DNA from: Callorhinchus milii
Taxonomy: Eukaryota
Assembly: GCF_018977255.1 (NCBI RefSeq)
Contig: NW_024704743.1
Span: 69,194,001-69,258,000 of the forward strand
DNA: 64,000 nucleotides
Direction of reading: 5' to 3'
Under the pieces are notes generated by a model that was not told where the DNA came from, did not search any database, and saw only the letters and a program-made list of their open reading frames with translations. Below, one piece after another: positions 1 through 13,149 of this stretch (its first letter is position 1; the number at the start of each line of letters is the position of its first letter). A program made the position numbers and the translations under genes.

Positions 1-119
1 GTTGTGATTTCTTTTTAACCCCAAATTGCTGGAAGTTCCAGGGAAATTATTTCCTGAGTGAACAAACCACAACAAACCATAAAATTTTATTAATTATTAT
101 TAGTAAATAAATAATAATA

Positions 120-927
120 ATGGAGTATAACATGGGGTAGTGTGAAGTTATTCACCCCCCCTAGGTAGTAAAAATAGAAAAGCGGATTATTTTCTAGAGG
201 GGGAGTGTTAGTGTTCAGAGGGATTTGGGTGTCCTTATACACCAGTCACAAAAAGTTAGTATGCAGGTACAGCAAGCAACTAGGAAGGCTAATGCCATGT
301 TACCATTCGTTGCAAAAGGCTTAGAGTCCAAGAGTAGGGAAGTCTTGCTGCAGTTGTATAAAGCTTTGGTGAGACCACACCTAGAATATTGTGAGCAGTT
401 TTGGTCTCCTTATTTAAGAAACAACATACTTGCCTTAGAGGGGTTGCAGCTAGGTTGGTTCCTGGGATGAGGGGGTTGACCTACGAGGAGAGGTTAAGTA
501 AACTAGGCCTATATTCTCTAGAATATAGAAGAATTAGAGGTGATCTTATAGAATCTTATAAGATTCTTAAGGGTCTTGACAGGTAGATGCCGTGAGACTG
601 TTTCCTCTGGTTGGAGAATCTAAAATTAGGGGTCATAGTCTCAAGATTAAGGGTCAGCCTTTTCGAACTGAGTTGAGAAAACTTTTCTTCACTCAAGAGG
701 GTAGTGAATTTGTGGAATTCTCTACCCCAGAAGGCTGTGGATGCTCAGTCCTTGACATATTCAAGAACTGAGGCTGATAGATTTCTAAAGGATAGAGGGA
801 TTAAGGGATATGGGGATAGGGCGGGTAAATGGAATTAGGTTAGAAGGTCAGCCATGATCTTATTAAACGGTGGGGCAGGCTTGAGGGGCCAAATGGCCTA
901 CTCCTGCTCCGACGTCTTATGTTCTTA
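120..927 (+). mobile_element. CR1 LINE, 5'-truncated 3' end
   Basis: ORF2 C-terminal motif [20 protein letters not shown] and RGDLIE; ends in the CR1-type 3' hairpin and CTTATGTT tail. Confidence 0.92.
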
Positions 928-2829
928 TTATTAATATATTACTAGTTAGAGGTTCCTACATTTGTACTGTGACGCTGAAAAATATCAACACTGTAGTAAA
1001 GATGAGAATAGCTTTATCGCTGCAGTATTAACTGTGTAAAGATGTTCCCATTGTAAACATGTTCATACATTATTTAGCAGCAAGAGAAAATTTTCTATCT
1101 TTCATGCTATTGAATAATTTCCAAAGGCTCAAATGCTAGATTCAAGCAACCAGCATGGTAGCAATCCTGCACAAAATAAAATATCTATAAAACTAGTAAA
1201 CATCTAACTGCTAAAGCATTCTCCAAATATATGTATACAATGTTTCCACAATAGAAAAAAGAATAGAAGTAGTTTGTGAACAAGACAGGAAATCATGGGT
1301 AAGAAACATTCAAGACAAAAAGAAATGCAGATACAGCAGAAGAATCAAACAGAGAAAGGAATGTGTTGAACTGAGATGCTACCTATGTAAAGGTCGCTAT
1401 ATAAATGCAAGTTGTTGTTTTTGAATGTGTTAAAAGGTTGGCTTAAATGCTCTGATGACAAATGAGATATATTTTGACTCTAGTAGAATATTCCTGCAAG
1501 TAAATATTGGGGGAAAAGAACAAAGAGCAAAAAACCAATAAAACAGATGGGGCAAATTTACAAGTTTTACACCAATGCTTGAGTAGATGGAACAAGGTTT
1601 GTGGAATTGGAAATGCGCGCTGAAGAAAAAAAGTGTGTTCAAATTTAACCAGAGATCTGGTTAAACCATGATGACTGTAAGTCTGCAGCCAAAATCTGCA
1701 CCAGAGAAATGCCTCAGGACACAGTGTTTGTCTTAACAAGGTACCAGTGAATGTTGAGTGCCTATGAAATTGCCTAAAAGTCAAATTCCTTTAGGAGAAA
1801 ACAAGAAAATAAAGATAACAAGGAGGTTATTAATTGTTATAGAGCTACTGAACAGGAGGGGGGATAGGCAGGGAATTATTTTTTACAGATAAGGGAAGCC
1901 TCTTACAAAAAAACAGAACATTAATCAAGGCATTTCAATTAGCCAGATACTGCCTTGGGAGAGGACCTCAGTGACTTCTCATCAAAAGGACGGCACCTTC
2001 AGCAATGCAGCAGAGCCCAACACTATTGGAGTGTCTGCCTAGAATAGTCTAGGCATGGGCTTCTTGAACCCCACGACCTTCTATCAACTGAGCCAAGCTC
2101 ACATCGCAACCCCATTAAAAGGTGTCCACTTGAATGCAGTTTCATTTATACAAGAAGTGCCCTTCACCCAGTGCTGACTGACCAGCTTCCCACACTAAAA
2201 AATAGCCGACTTCAAGGTTGTCAGGTTGTCACTGCTGTCACTTCCTACCTGCTTTGCACAGGAAGCACCTGTGGTCAGAGACCTGTGGTTGCAGTTGGCC
2301 AGACAAGCTAAGCTATGTGGAGGACGTGCTGTTGTCACTTTGTGATATCATGAAGTGATGTCAGCACAACGTTCTGGATGTGAAGTAAGCAATGACCTGC
2401 TAACCCAGAAATAAGCCGTTTTTTTGCACTTAATTTTAATACTTGGGTCTGCAATAGGGAACAGATTCAATCAAGGCAGGAGTTTGCTGAACTTTCCATC
2501 TCTGACTTGCTCCCTCCCTCACCTCATTTCATGACACATCTTAAAATGAACCTTTTTGACCTTGTTTTCGCTCATCTTTGTCCTCCTCATCCCCCTCATT
2601 CCTTCCTCCCTCCCCCCAACTCGAGTGCCCACCCAGCACTTTGAGATATCTTGAGACATCTTCACGATATGAAAGGTGTAGTATAAATGTAAATAGATGT
2701 GTAAAACCAAAGCTTTTTATTTCCAAATGTAAATTCAGACCATTGCACAACAGATTACAAATCAAAGTAGCACAACAAAAAGATCTGTTTTCAGAATTAT
2801 AACATGTTTATAATATAACCAACACCCTC

Positions 2830-3420
2830 ATCATTTAATGCTGAATTGTGTTGCTCACTAGGAAGCTTGCAGTTTGTTCCTGGTACCTTCTATCCACCTA
2901 GTGAGGGCTCAAACTCATACTTGTCGGAGTCAGATCATTAGTTAGTGTCAATCTTCCTTGGGAGGCAGACAAGCTGGGTCTCCTTAGAGCTGAACTGGCT
3001 TGTTTATCTCCCAAGGAGCTGAACTGCCTCCGAGGTGACATGTTTGGCAACGGAATGTTAGAATCGAATCAGCCCTCCGTGATGGTCTCGGCAGTCTCAT
3101 TTCTGAGCCAGGCAGATGCACAGTATTCCAGGGCACTGCTGATGACAGCACAGTCAGACTGGCTCATCGGCGGGACTTGAAAGGACAGACAAGTCACTGG
3201 GGGCAGGGACACTTCCCACTCAATAACCCTGCAAGCCAAAGTCCTAATGGTCCTAGCTGGACAAGCAGCAGGAATGTTTTAGCTGGTTAGATTCCAGCAG
3301 TACCCCAAAGCACACTATGGCGTCCCAAAGCCTTGCTCTTCCCAACCTGTGTCTAATACTCTTGAGAATTAGGTAAAAAGGATGAGTCCTTCCAGGGAGA
3401 GAGTACACATTACATTCCAA
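2830..3420 (+). mobile_element. Truncated copy of the same RTEX-like family
   Basis: Starts HLMLNCVAH*EAC; aligns by eye to the reverse complement of 16720-17300. Confidence 0.65.
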
Positions 3421-4496
3421 TAAACATATTTTAAAAAATCAACATTTAGAGTAGCAAACCAATGAATTTATATTATACAGTGCTGAGTGCTAAATAGAAG
3501 GTGTCACTACTGTTATATCACTGCAATATGCAGAAGGAGCACCATTCTTGCAAACATTTGTTGACAAATGATTTGCAAGCTTTTTTAAATCTATGGCTCA
3601 AGGACTTGTCTTTTAAAATAAACCTCAACTAAGAAACTACCCTTACTGGATGAGATTTCTGTTACTATGGAGTGAAATATGTGATATATAATGGGGTAAT
3701 TAAACTTAAATCTTAACTTTAGGTCAATATCCCACAAACAATAACAACAATTTTGCATTTATATAGTGTCTTTCATGTTGGGTCTTAAAGTGTTTCACAG
3801 AGCAAAATGTGAGCCTGAGCTGGGTTTGGGGTAGCTGAGGAAAGTTGGGGGCGGGTGAAGGAAGGTGGCCAAAAACGTGGTCAAAAAGATCTTAAGCCAG
3901 ACTTTAAAGGTGAAGGAGGAAATGAGGCAGAGGAACTCCAGGCAGAGGAACTTTCAGAATGACGGAAAGCTCAACTGGTGGGTGATATTTCAATGCTGAG
4001 CGATCTTATAAGACACCTTATAGACATTTCTAATATTAGGAAATGTCAGAATAATAAAAATCTTTACATTAGGAAGAGCGCCTTTCAGGTCAGGAGGATG
4101 CCCTAAAGTACTTCACGGGATATACTAGAAATAGCAGTGAATGTGTGTTTTGTGGGCAAACAATAAAGGCACCAATAAAGAGTTAGTATACTTATGAAAG
4201 TTAAACAAATGTAAATTCCACTTTTATCAAGTAGACCACATTGGGTGGGGGGGTGGAATTGCCACTATTACACCTATAACTAACCATGTTAGCTTTTCTT
4301 GGTACTATAGCATGGCAGATGTTTGAGCACATGGATTGTAAATCTGTATTACATTATACATTCATGCCCCAAAGACCAGGCACATCTTTTACTGATGCTG
4401 TTTATGACACACCAGCTATCTAATCACTAATTATGGACTAAATAGTAAAATATATCCACCCCTAATCGTGATCTCTTTTGAGGGTACAAAGGTGGA

Positions 4497-5030
4497 TTTT
4501 TTTTGGTCAGCCTGGTGTCTGACACATGCAGAAATGCATCATCATTCTTAAGCATAATCTAACCAGACTGAGAGTTCCACATATGTATGTCACCTACACA
4601 TAATAATAACATGGGAGTTTCCTGTGTCTGGAATATGCACTCTTTTGAGGGACGCACCTTAATTAATTACTTAATTCTTGTATTGGGACACTGCTGGAGT
4701 TTAACCAGGTAAAGTTTCACTTGCCTCAAAGAGCACTATCTGGCAACTTCCCATTACTTTGTCCAGCTAGGACCACCATACCCATTAGGGCTTTGGCTTG
4801 CAGGGTTACGAGAGCCGAATGGGATGAACCCTTATCCCCAGTAGCTGGTCTGCTCCTACAGGTCCTTGCAAGGCAGGCAGGCTGGTCAGTCCTCAGCAGT
4901 GTTCTGGAGTACTGGCTCAGGAATCAGACTATTGACACCATTACAGGGGAGTGACTTGATTCCAAATGTCATCTTGGAGTCAGCTGAGCTCTAAGCAGAT
5001 CCGCAAGGAGGATAGTCAAAGATGGAGTTG
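4497..5030 (-). mobile_element. Truncated copy of the same RTEX-like family (3'UTR)
   Basis: Shares TTTTGGTCAGCCTGGTGTCTGACACATGCAGAAA and CCCATTAGGGCTTTGG blocks with 16590-17190. Confidence 0.7.
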
Positions 5031-6454
5031 CTCAATATTGCTGCAGATAGACTTTAACCCAAATAATTCTCAAACAATAGAAAGTCCTTTTTGACAACAA
5101 AACTTGTTATATCAGACGAACACCCAACATGCCAGTAAGAAGATTCAGACTTTATCAGATATAATACAATGGCACAAAGCACCATATTCAACAACAGCAG
5201 CTTCTCCGTTAACCAGGAATAACTACTAATTACTAGCTCTGGTTTACTAAAAAAAATGTTTTGTAGTCAAAAATTGAAGCTGTCAGTAGATGGGTAATGG
5301 AAGGATTGGGAGGGAATCAGGCAACCAAAAGGACCAGAAAGGCTATCCCCACAGCAAATCCTGTTGTACACTCAGTACTGTATTGTAGTGTCAGCCTAGA
5401 TTCACATACAAATTTCTTCACAACCTAGCACCGCCCCATTTTTCTGATCTCCTTAAATTCCACTCATCTGCACACCCATTACCCTCAGCTATCTCAGGCC
5501 TGCTGCACATCCCCTGCCCCCTTTGCACCACCATCTGCAGCCAAGCCTTGAGTCAATTAGTTCCCAACCTCTAGATCTTCCAGCCTCTATCTCTCCGCCT
5601 CATCCCCTCTCTATCTATCTCAAAGGAGGGGTGAGTGTAACAAGTTTTTGCTCTTTTAAATCTGAATTGAAAACTGAGTTGAGAATGACAACATCCATAC
5701 CCTGCTGGTGGCCTTGGAAGCCTTTCTGCCAAGGCTATTTTCAGAACAACCTTGCTGTTGTGAAGCACTCCAAGACATTATTCTACATGAAGGGTGCTTT
5801 ACAAATGCAAGTTGTTGTTATAGATTATGAGCTGAAGTCCTGACTTGAATCAATAAACTTCTGACCACGGTGACCAACTGAGCCCAAATCATCATATCAT
5901 CTATTGTGTGATTGTATCCTTCGACAATCTGGCAATTAGAAAACACTGCGAACAGTGAACATCCCTTTAAAGGGCTGTTTTTCCATCTTTCGTGAAGCTT
6001 TTTCAGGCACGATTAGTCCCCTGAACAGTTAGCTGTGAAAGCATTTTCTAAACTTGATATAATGGCCAGCAGGAGGGTTTACGATGCAGCAAATGTGATA
6101 TTGCATGTAATACGGGCACTGCAATGTGGATTTCATTAGTATAGACATGGTTGACTGGTAATGACAGTGTCATTTCATTGGGTATTCCTTGTTTACAAAT
6201 CCTTGATAAAATATTATCCCTGTAGTTTCACCAAGACAATGCAATGTAAGGTTTATTTTTAAAAAACGCTTGCTATTTCAAACTAAATTTAACATTTTCA
6301 ATAAAAAAATCTGCTCAAAGCAGCTTCATTTTTTTTCTTTGTTGATTTTCTTCTCTTCAGAGAGCATTCGACTTTTTCTAGGTACCAGTTATGCTCAGTT
6401 ATGTCGCCAAAGTGGCTATTCATTTTTTTTTATCTCAGCCATGTCCTCTGCATG

Positions 6455-6591
6455 ACGGGTTTTGATAGAGTAGATAGGGAGAAACTGTTTCCTCTGATGG
6501 GTGGTTGGTAACCAGAGGACACAGATTCAAGATAATTGGCAAAAGAACCAGAGAGGAGACAAGGAGAAATGTTTTTACCCCAAGAGTTGTT
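6455..6591 (+). mobile_element. CR1 fragment abutting an antisense L2
   Basis: DRVDREKLFPL..VTRGHRFKIIGKR..RNVFTPRVV, a typical CR1 ORF2 tail. Confidence 0.8.
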
Positions 6592-7781
6592 ACAACAACA
6601 ACAACAAAATTACATTTGTATAGCGCCTTTCACATCGGGAGGATGTCCCAAGGCGCTGGACAGACAAGAGTTTCGGACCCGATCTGGGGGACCAGATCAG
6701 GAAGGGTGGAGAGCAGGGGTGAAGCAGAGATCAAAAACATAGTCGAAGACGAGGGTCTTGAGATGGGTGTTGAAGGAGGCAAGAGAGGCGGAGGGTCTGC
6801 GGGATGGATGTCATAGAGGTAGGTGGGAGCAAGACCATGGAGAGCTTTGAAGTTGAGGACCAGGATCTTGAACTGTATCCTGCGTGTGATGGGAAGCCAG
6901 TGGAGTTGGGCGAGGATAGGGGTGATAGAGCTACAGAGCCTGGTATGGGAGAGGACACAGGCTGCAGAGTTCTGGATGATCTGCAACCTATAGAAGGAGG
7001 AGTTGGGGAGGCCGTCAGTAATGAGTTTACATAGTCAAGCCTTGGTGTAATGAAAGCATGTATGAGGGTTTCGGCAACCTATGATGTGAAACAGTGGTGG
7101 AGACGGGCGATGTTGCGGAGTTGGGGGAAGGCAGAGCGGGTCATGGCACAGATGTGAGGTAGAAAGGACAGTTGAGGGTCAAACAGGAGGGCCAATCAGG
7201 AGAGCCTCGGTCTTGTTGACGTTCAACTGAAGAAAGTTACTCTCATCCAGGACTTGATGTCCGACAGACATTCTGTCAGGACAGCAGTGATCCTAGAGTT
7301 AAGGGTGGAGGCAGTGAGGTAAAGTTGGGTGTCATCCGCATACATGTGGAAGTTGACCCCATGTCTGCGGATTATGTCACCAAGATGGAGCATATAGATA
7401 TTGAAGAGGAGGGGACCAAGGACAGAGCCCTGAGGAACGCCACACGACACAGTACGGGTCTAGAGGAGAAACCATTTGTGGAGATGAAGTGGAGGTGGTG
7501 TGAGAGGTACAATCTGAACCAGTCAAGGACAGAGCCGTGAAGGTTGAGGTGAGAGTCGAGGCGGTGGATGAGGATAGTGTGGTTGACGGTGTCAAAGACA
7601 GCAGAGAGGTCAAGGAGGATGAGGAGGCAGAGGAGCTCACAGATGGACAGAATGACCAGGGCTGTTTCTGTGCTATGGGCGGCACGGAAACGGAAACTCG
7701 ATTGGAGGGGTTCATGAAAGGAGTGGTAGGAGAAGAAGGAGTTAAGCTGGGAAGCAACAACTCATCCCAGGACCTTGTCCA
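6592..7781 (-). mobile_element. L2 LINE fragment with internal deletions
   Basis: [34 protein letters not shown]; (TTG)n L2 tail at the left end. Confidence 0.92.
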
Positions 7782-8201
7782 AGTTACAGTCATTACCTTT
7801 TTGGGGAATGTTTTTCTTCTGTCAGTAAATGCAAGTTATCAGTCAATGATATCTCAGTCCAGTGAAGTGGAAGTTACCAATCAGGTTCACTGTAAGTTTC
7901 CCTTCCAACTAGGTCTCTGCAAAATTTAATACTCTCCATAACTCAACTATCACACTCTGAGACTGACAGAATATCTCTTTAAAACCATTCACATGATGAT
8001 CATCAGGTGAACTCATCACGGAATCATTTTGTTGATTTCCTTAATTTTTTTAAATTAACCAAAGGAATTGCAACTGAAACTACACACACCAATTTTTATT
8101 AGTTATTTATTCCACTTTAATACAAACTGCATACAACTGTGATTAATCATGCAAATATAGTACAGTTATATTGTGAAAACTGCATGATTGGTGGATGAAT
8201 C

Positions 8202-8600
8202 CAACAACAACAACAACAAAGATTACATTTGTATAGCGCCTTTCACATCGGGAGGACATCCCACGGCGTGGACAGTGTACAGCATTTCAGACCCGAGCTG
8301 GGGTCAGGTGGGGGAGAAGGGAGGGGAAGGGAGAGGGTTGGCCGATGGCATGGTCGAAGAGGAGGGTCTTGAGACGAGACTTGAAGGAGACTATAGAGGG
8401 GGCGAGGCGGAGTGATTGGGAGATGGAATTCTAGAGGTTGGGGACAGAGTGGCTGAAGGCTCTCCCACCAATGGTGGGGCGGGTGGGTCGGGCGACTTGG
8501 AGCAGGCCGGAGGCAGCTGAGCAGAGGGAGCGGGCGGGTTGGTAGGGAGTTAGGAGGTCACAGAGGTAGGGTGGGTGGAGGCCATGTCGGGCTTTGTAGT
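8202..8600 (-). mobile_element. L2 LINE 3' end
   Basis: L2 tail (GTGAAAGGCGCTATACAAAT...TTGTTG) plus ORF2 C-terminal remnant. Confidence 0.85.
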
Positions 8601-9021
8601 CCACTAACTATACCACATTTTGGAGTGAAAAATGCCGCATATGATGCAATAATTATCAACAACAACACCTTGCATTTATAAAGCGCTCTTCACACAGGGA
8701 AGCATCTCAGAAAATAACAATGATGTTTGACCAGATCTATGCATATTAATGCAGGAAAGTTAAAATTTTTCTTTTAAAAATATGAACATAAAAATATATG
8801 AATGTAAACAAACTGAGAAACTGAATAGTTTACAATATGATACATAAATATTTAATATAACAACTTGCATTTATATAGCACACTTCACATTGTGAGGCAT
8901 CTCGAAATGCTTAAATTTATATAGCGCCTTTCATGTCAGGGGAACATCTCAAAGTGCTTCACACAGCTGGTATTCTACTGCTGAAGAGCAGTGAATATGA
9001 ATATACTGAGAATTGTATTCC

Positions 9022-10578
9022 CTTAGATCCCTCTCCAACTGTGAGGAAATGCTGGACTTCCTCGAAACCAAAATCGAGGGGATACGCTCAGTTGCTTCTG
9101 CCCTCCCCATCTCCCCCTCACACCACAGCCCCTACCCAACCCTCCATCCACACCTTCGAACCTGTCTCGCCCTCCTCTCTCACTACCACTAGAACCCACA
9201 TGAAACCGATCACCTGCTCCCTCAATCCCATCCCTACCCCTCTCCTTACCTCCCAGCTCCACCTCCTTGCCCTCAACTCACAGACATCATAAACCTCTCT
9301 CTGTCCACTGCCACCGTTTCCACTGCTTTAAAAACAGCCGTCATCATTCCTATCCTTAAAAGCCCTCCCTGGACCCAACCCTGCCTCAAATACCGCCCCA
9401 TCTCCAACCTCCCTTTCCTTTCCAAAGTCCTGGAACGAGTCGTTGTTTCCCAGCTTCGCTCCTTCCTCTCCCTTCACGAACCCCTCCAATCGGGTTTCCA
9501 TGCCGCCCACAACACAGAAACAGCTTTAGTCAAAGTTACAAATGGCATTTTCAATATCTAATTGCTCCTTCTTGGTGACAACATCTGCAGACATGGAGTC
9601 AACTTCCACATCACTGCGGATGACATATGCGGATGACACCCATCTCTACCTCTCTGCTTCCACCCTCGACTCCAGGGCCACTGCTGTCCTGACAGAATGT
9701 CTGTCGGACATCAAGTCCTGGATGAGAGCTAACTTTATACAGTTGAACGTCAACAAGACTGAGGCTCTCCTGATTAGCTCCCTTCAGCGCCTCTACACCT
9801 CACACACTGACAGCATCACCATCCAAGTATGCACACTCCACCTTGTTAAGCCAGTCCGAACCTTGGGTGTCTTGTTTGACCCTCAACTACACCACATCCA
9901 TGTCATGTCCCGCTCTGCCTTCCCCCACCTCTGCAACATCGCCCAGCTCCACCACTGTCTCACACTAAAGGCCACCAAGACCCTCATACACGCATTCATA
10001 ACATCCAGGCTCGACTACGCAAACTACCCGCTTGTCGGCCTCCCCAACTCTTCTCTCCATAGGCTGCAGATCATCCAGAACTCTGCAGCCTGTGTCCTCT
10101 CCCACACCAGGCTCAGTGACCCCCATCACCCCCAACCTTGACCGACTCCACTGGCTTCCCATCAAACAGAGGATAACAGTTCCAAATCTCGGTCCTCAAC
10201 TTCAAAGCCCTCCATGGCCTCACTCCCCCCTACCCCTGCGCCCTCTGCTGACCTAATATTAACCTGTCCGCTCCCTCCACTCAGCAGGCTGTAGCCTGCT
10301 CCACATCCCCCACTCGGCCCGGCCCACCATTGATTGGTCGGGCCTTCAGCCTTTCTGCCCCCACCCTATGGAACTCCATCCCACATTCCCTTCTTCTTGC
10401 TCCCTCTCTTGCCTCCTTCAAGTCACGTCTCAAAGCCTTCCTCTTCGACCGAGCCTTCGGCCACCTTCCTACCCTCCCTGCTCTCCAGCTTGGGTCCAAA
10501 TCCCTGCTTGTCCAGCACTTTAGGACATCCTCCCACTGTGAAAGGTGCTATACAAATAGAATTTTGTATTGTATTGTA
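9022..10578 (+). mobile_element. L2 LINE fragment, degenerate
   Basis: YRPISNLPFLSKVLERVV, YADDTHLY, SRLDYAN, LHWLPI, followed by an L2 tail. Confidence 0.92.
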
Positions 10579-11383
10579 TCAGTCCATTATTCATCTAGAA
10601 CCCTTTGCACATTTGCAAAACCTGTTTTTACATAAAAGCAAAAGTTAAATGTCTGTAAAATATATAAATTCCAAATCAGCATTCTGAAAAATAAGCTTGT
10701 TAAAGTACCCAGCTGGCATATGTCAATTGTAAAGTTATTACTGTGGTGGGTCCCATATACTTTCATATCAAATAATGGACAAACAACAAGCTATAAAAAT
10801 ATATGATTTTCATGCTTTCACAGCAAATGTATATCACTATTTTTCTATCTTTGTGCAATGCACAGATCGCACATTTATACTATGTGGAATAGTTGGATAA
10901 CATGTCTGTCTGGCCTTCTTTTGGATAATTTAATAATATGAAAACTACTCTGCTGCAGGCAGGAACATGCTCTTTACTAAATAATGCGAGGATGAAGCAA
11001 TTATTCTTTGGGTTTCCACAGGGCCATGGAACACTGCAGTTAAAAAAAAGCAAGCAGCATCAACCGCATCTAATCTACACTGTTAAGGCTACACAAAATA
11101 ATCTGTTTGGCGACAGCACAGAAAACATGGGTACGTGGTAAACACACGTAAATCCAATCATTTGAAACCTGGTCATCATGTCCTTGCCTATATTCTGTTC
11201 AAAAAGGCTTCTGTTCAGTATTCTTTTTAAGAAAAAGAAAAAAACACATCCTGGAACAAATTAAAAGCTACAAGAACTAGTTTCAGACACAAACCTTCAA
11301 TGATCATTTGAACAGTCATGTCAAAGATGAGTAAAATATTAAGATCGTTGGAGGCCCGTCTTTCTATGTATTATTCTTGTTAG

Positions 11384-11597
11384 CAGTGGAGGCTCGTCAG
11401 GTGAGGCAAGCGAGAGACTGTCTCACCTAGAATCTCACAGTGAGGGAGCATTGGGTGACCACTGAGGGAGCGAAGCCAGTGGGCAAGAGGTTATGATATT
11501 GCACATACGGGAATGGCCTGTTGCCATGATAACACGATAGCTTGGTTAGGCAAACTCAGTTGATCTCACCTGTCAAAAAGGTCACCAAACACCACTG
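11384..11597. mobile_element. hAT-like MITE (214 bp)
   Basis: Termini CAGTGG...CCACTG with imperfect TIRs (CAGTGGAGGCTCGTCA vs CAGTGGTGTTTGGTGA); internal AGGTGAG/CTCACCT motifs; no clean 8-bp TSD. Confidence 0.5.
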
Positions 11598-13149
11598 CTT
11601 TTTGTGTCATAAAGAGATTCATTACAAACTATTTCATAGCTAAGATGCACAATACTGCATCATATTAATATGAGGTTGCATGGTAAAAAATATTTGCAAT
11701 TAACTCTGCTCTGCCTACAGCACCAATTAAAAAATATAGTTTCAGCAATTCTGATCATTTCTGCAAATCATAAGTTAAGTAAAACGTTCCTTGAATTTGA
11801 TAGAGTGCTTTCATGTCAGCGAGATGTTTCAAAGCACTTCACATGATAAACTGTAAAGTGTAGTGACTGTATTTTGAACAGATGACAGCCAATTTGCACA
11901 CAGCAACATCGCACAAACAGCAATTAAGTGAATGACCAATTTTATTTTGGGAATTGTTGGGCAGGACACCAGGAGAAACCTCCTTCTTTTTTCAAACTGT
12001 CTTTAATGTGCACCTGAGCAGTCAGAAGGAACCTTGGTTTAAAGTCTCATCCAAAGGATGGCACCTTCAACAATCCAGCACTGCAAGCCAAGTGACACGA
12101 ACACACTGGCAACCATCTTCAAGACAATATAAATGCCATAAAGCAGCAATTTGACTCAAGGCACACCACCAGATAATGTAAGGATTTACCATCTTATAAA
12201 GAACTAGAGACTGGCTTTGAATGTTACAGATTATGTCTTTGTTGTCAATCAAGGTATACTGGCCCTTTGACTTGACACAGTCACATAGAAACCATGTAAT
12301 GCATGTAAGTACACATTTTTTACCAAAGCAAATGGTGCATTTTTATATTTTAAAAAATCAGTTAAAAAAGCTGAAAAACAGAGAAGGAATTGACATACTA
12401 CAAGCATATATTACTTGTGTAAAGCTGTAACTGTGCAATGATATGTAAAAACAGGCCTGGGAATATAATCCCTCGTTATGTAGCATCAGTGTCTGGTAAT
12501 ATTAATCTTACTAAAATGAGTTATTACAATAACTGGGGTTCCAATTTAAATAGAACACACAATTGAACACATGGCAAGTGCCAGGTTTAGGACCACAACA
12601 TCGTCCCTGTTAATTGAAGTCCTGATGGAAACTGAGGGTTCTGTTCGCACAGTTTTTAATTTCACTTAATTAAAGGCAGTGAGTCGTACACAACAATAAA
12701 GGGTTCCCTCCTGCACTAGACCTCTAGTCTTGATATTCTCGCTGTCACTGGATCCATACAGTACTATGGTCAGCAGTCATTTCTGCTGAACACTGCAAAA
12801 AATAATACAGTACATCAACCCTAAATCGTAACATACACAAAGCTTAAAGGATATTAAATGGTCTTAATTGAAAATGCCCCTTAATTGAAGATGCAACGAT
12901 GCACTGCAAATTATTGCCCAGCAATGCTATGTAGAAGTGAATCGACTCAAGCCAACAAAGCAACCCATTTCGATTGAAATACACCATTTAATCTGCAGAA
13001 CTAACAACTATAGAGTTGACAGCCTGCCGCAACATAAGCCTGGCAGTGCTATATTCAGTGACTGTGTTATTTATGCAGATCATAGCTCACTGGCAAAGGG
13101 AAACACCGAGGGGGGGGGTTTCTCATTATTTTGAAACTGCACTAACGCT

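Noticed and set aside
1643..1664. Palindrome TTTAACCAGA-GA-TCTGGTTAAA
   Set aside because: An isolated 10-bp-arm hairpin; plausible by chance and with no supporting context.
3135..3185. CTGATGA...GAAA as a hammerhead ribozyme in the RTEX-like 3'UTR
   Set aside because: No proper stem II closing the core, and GAAA is not conserved in the other copies.
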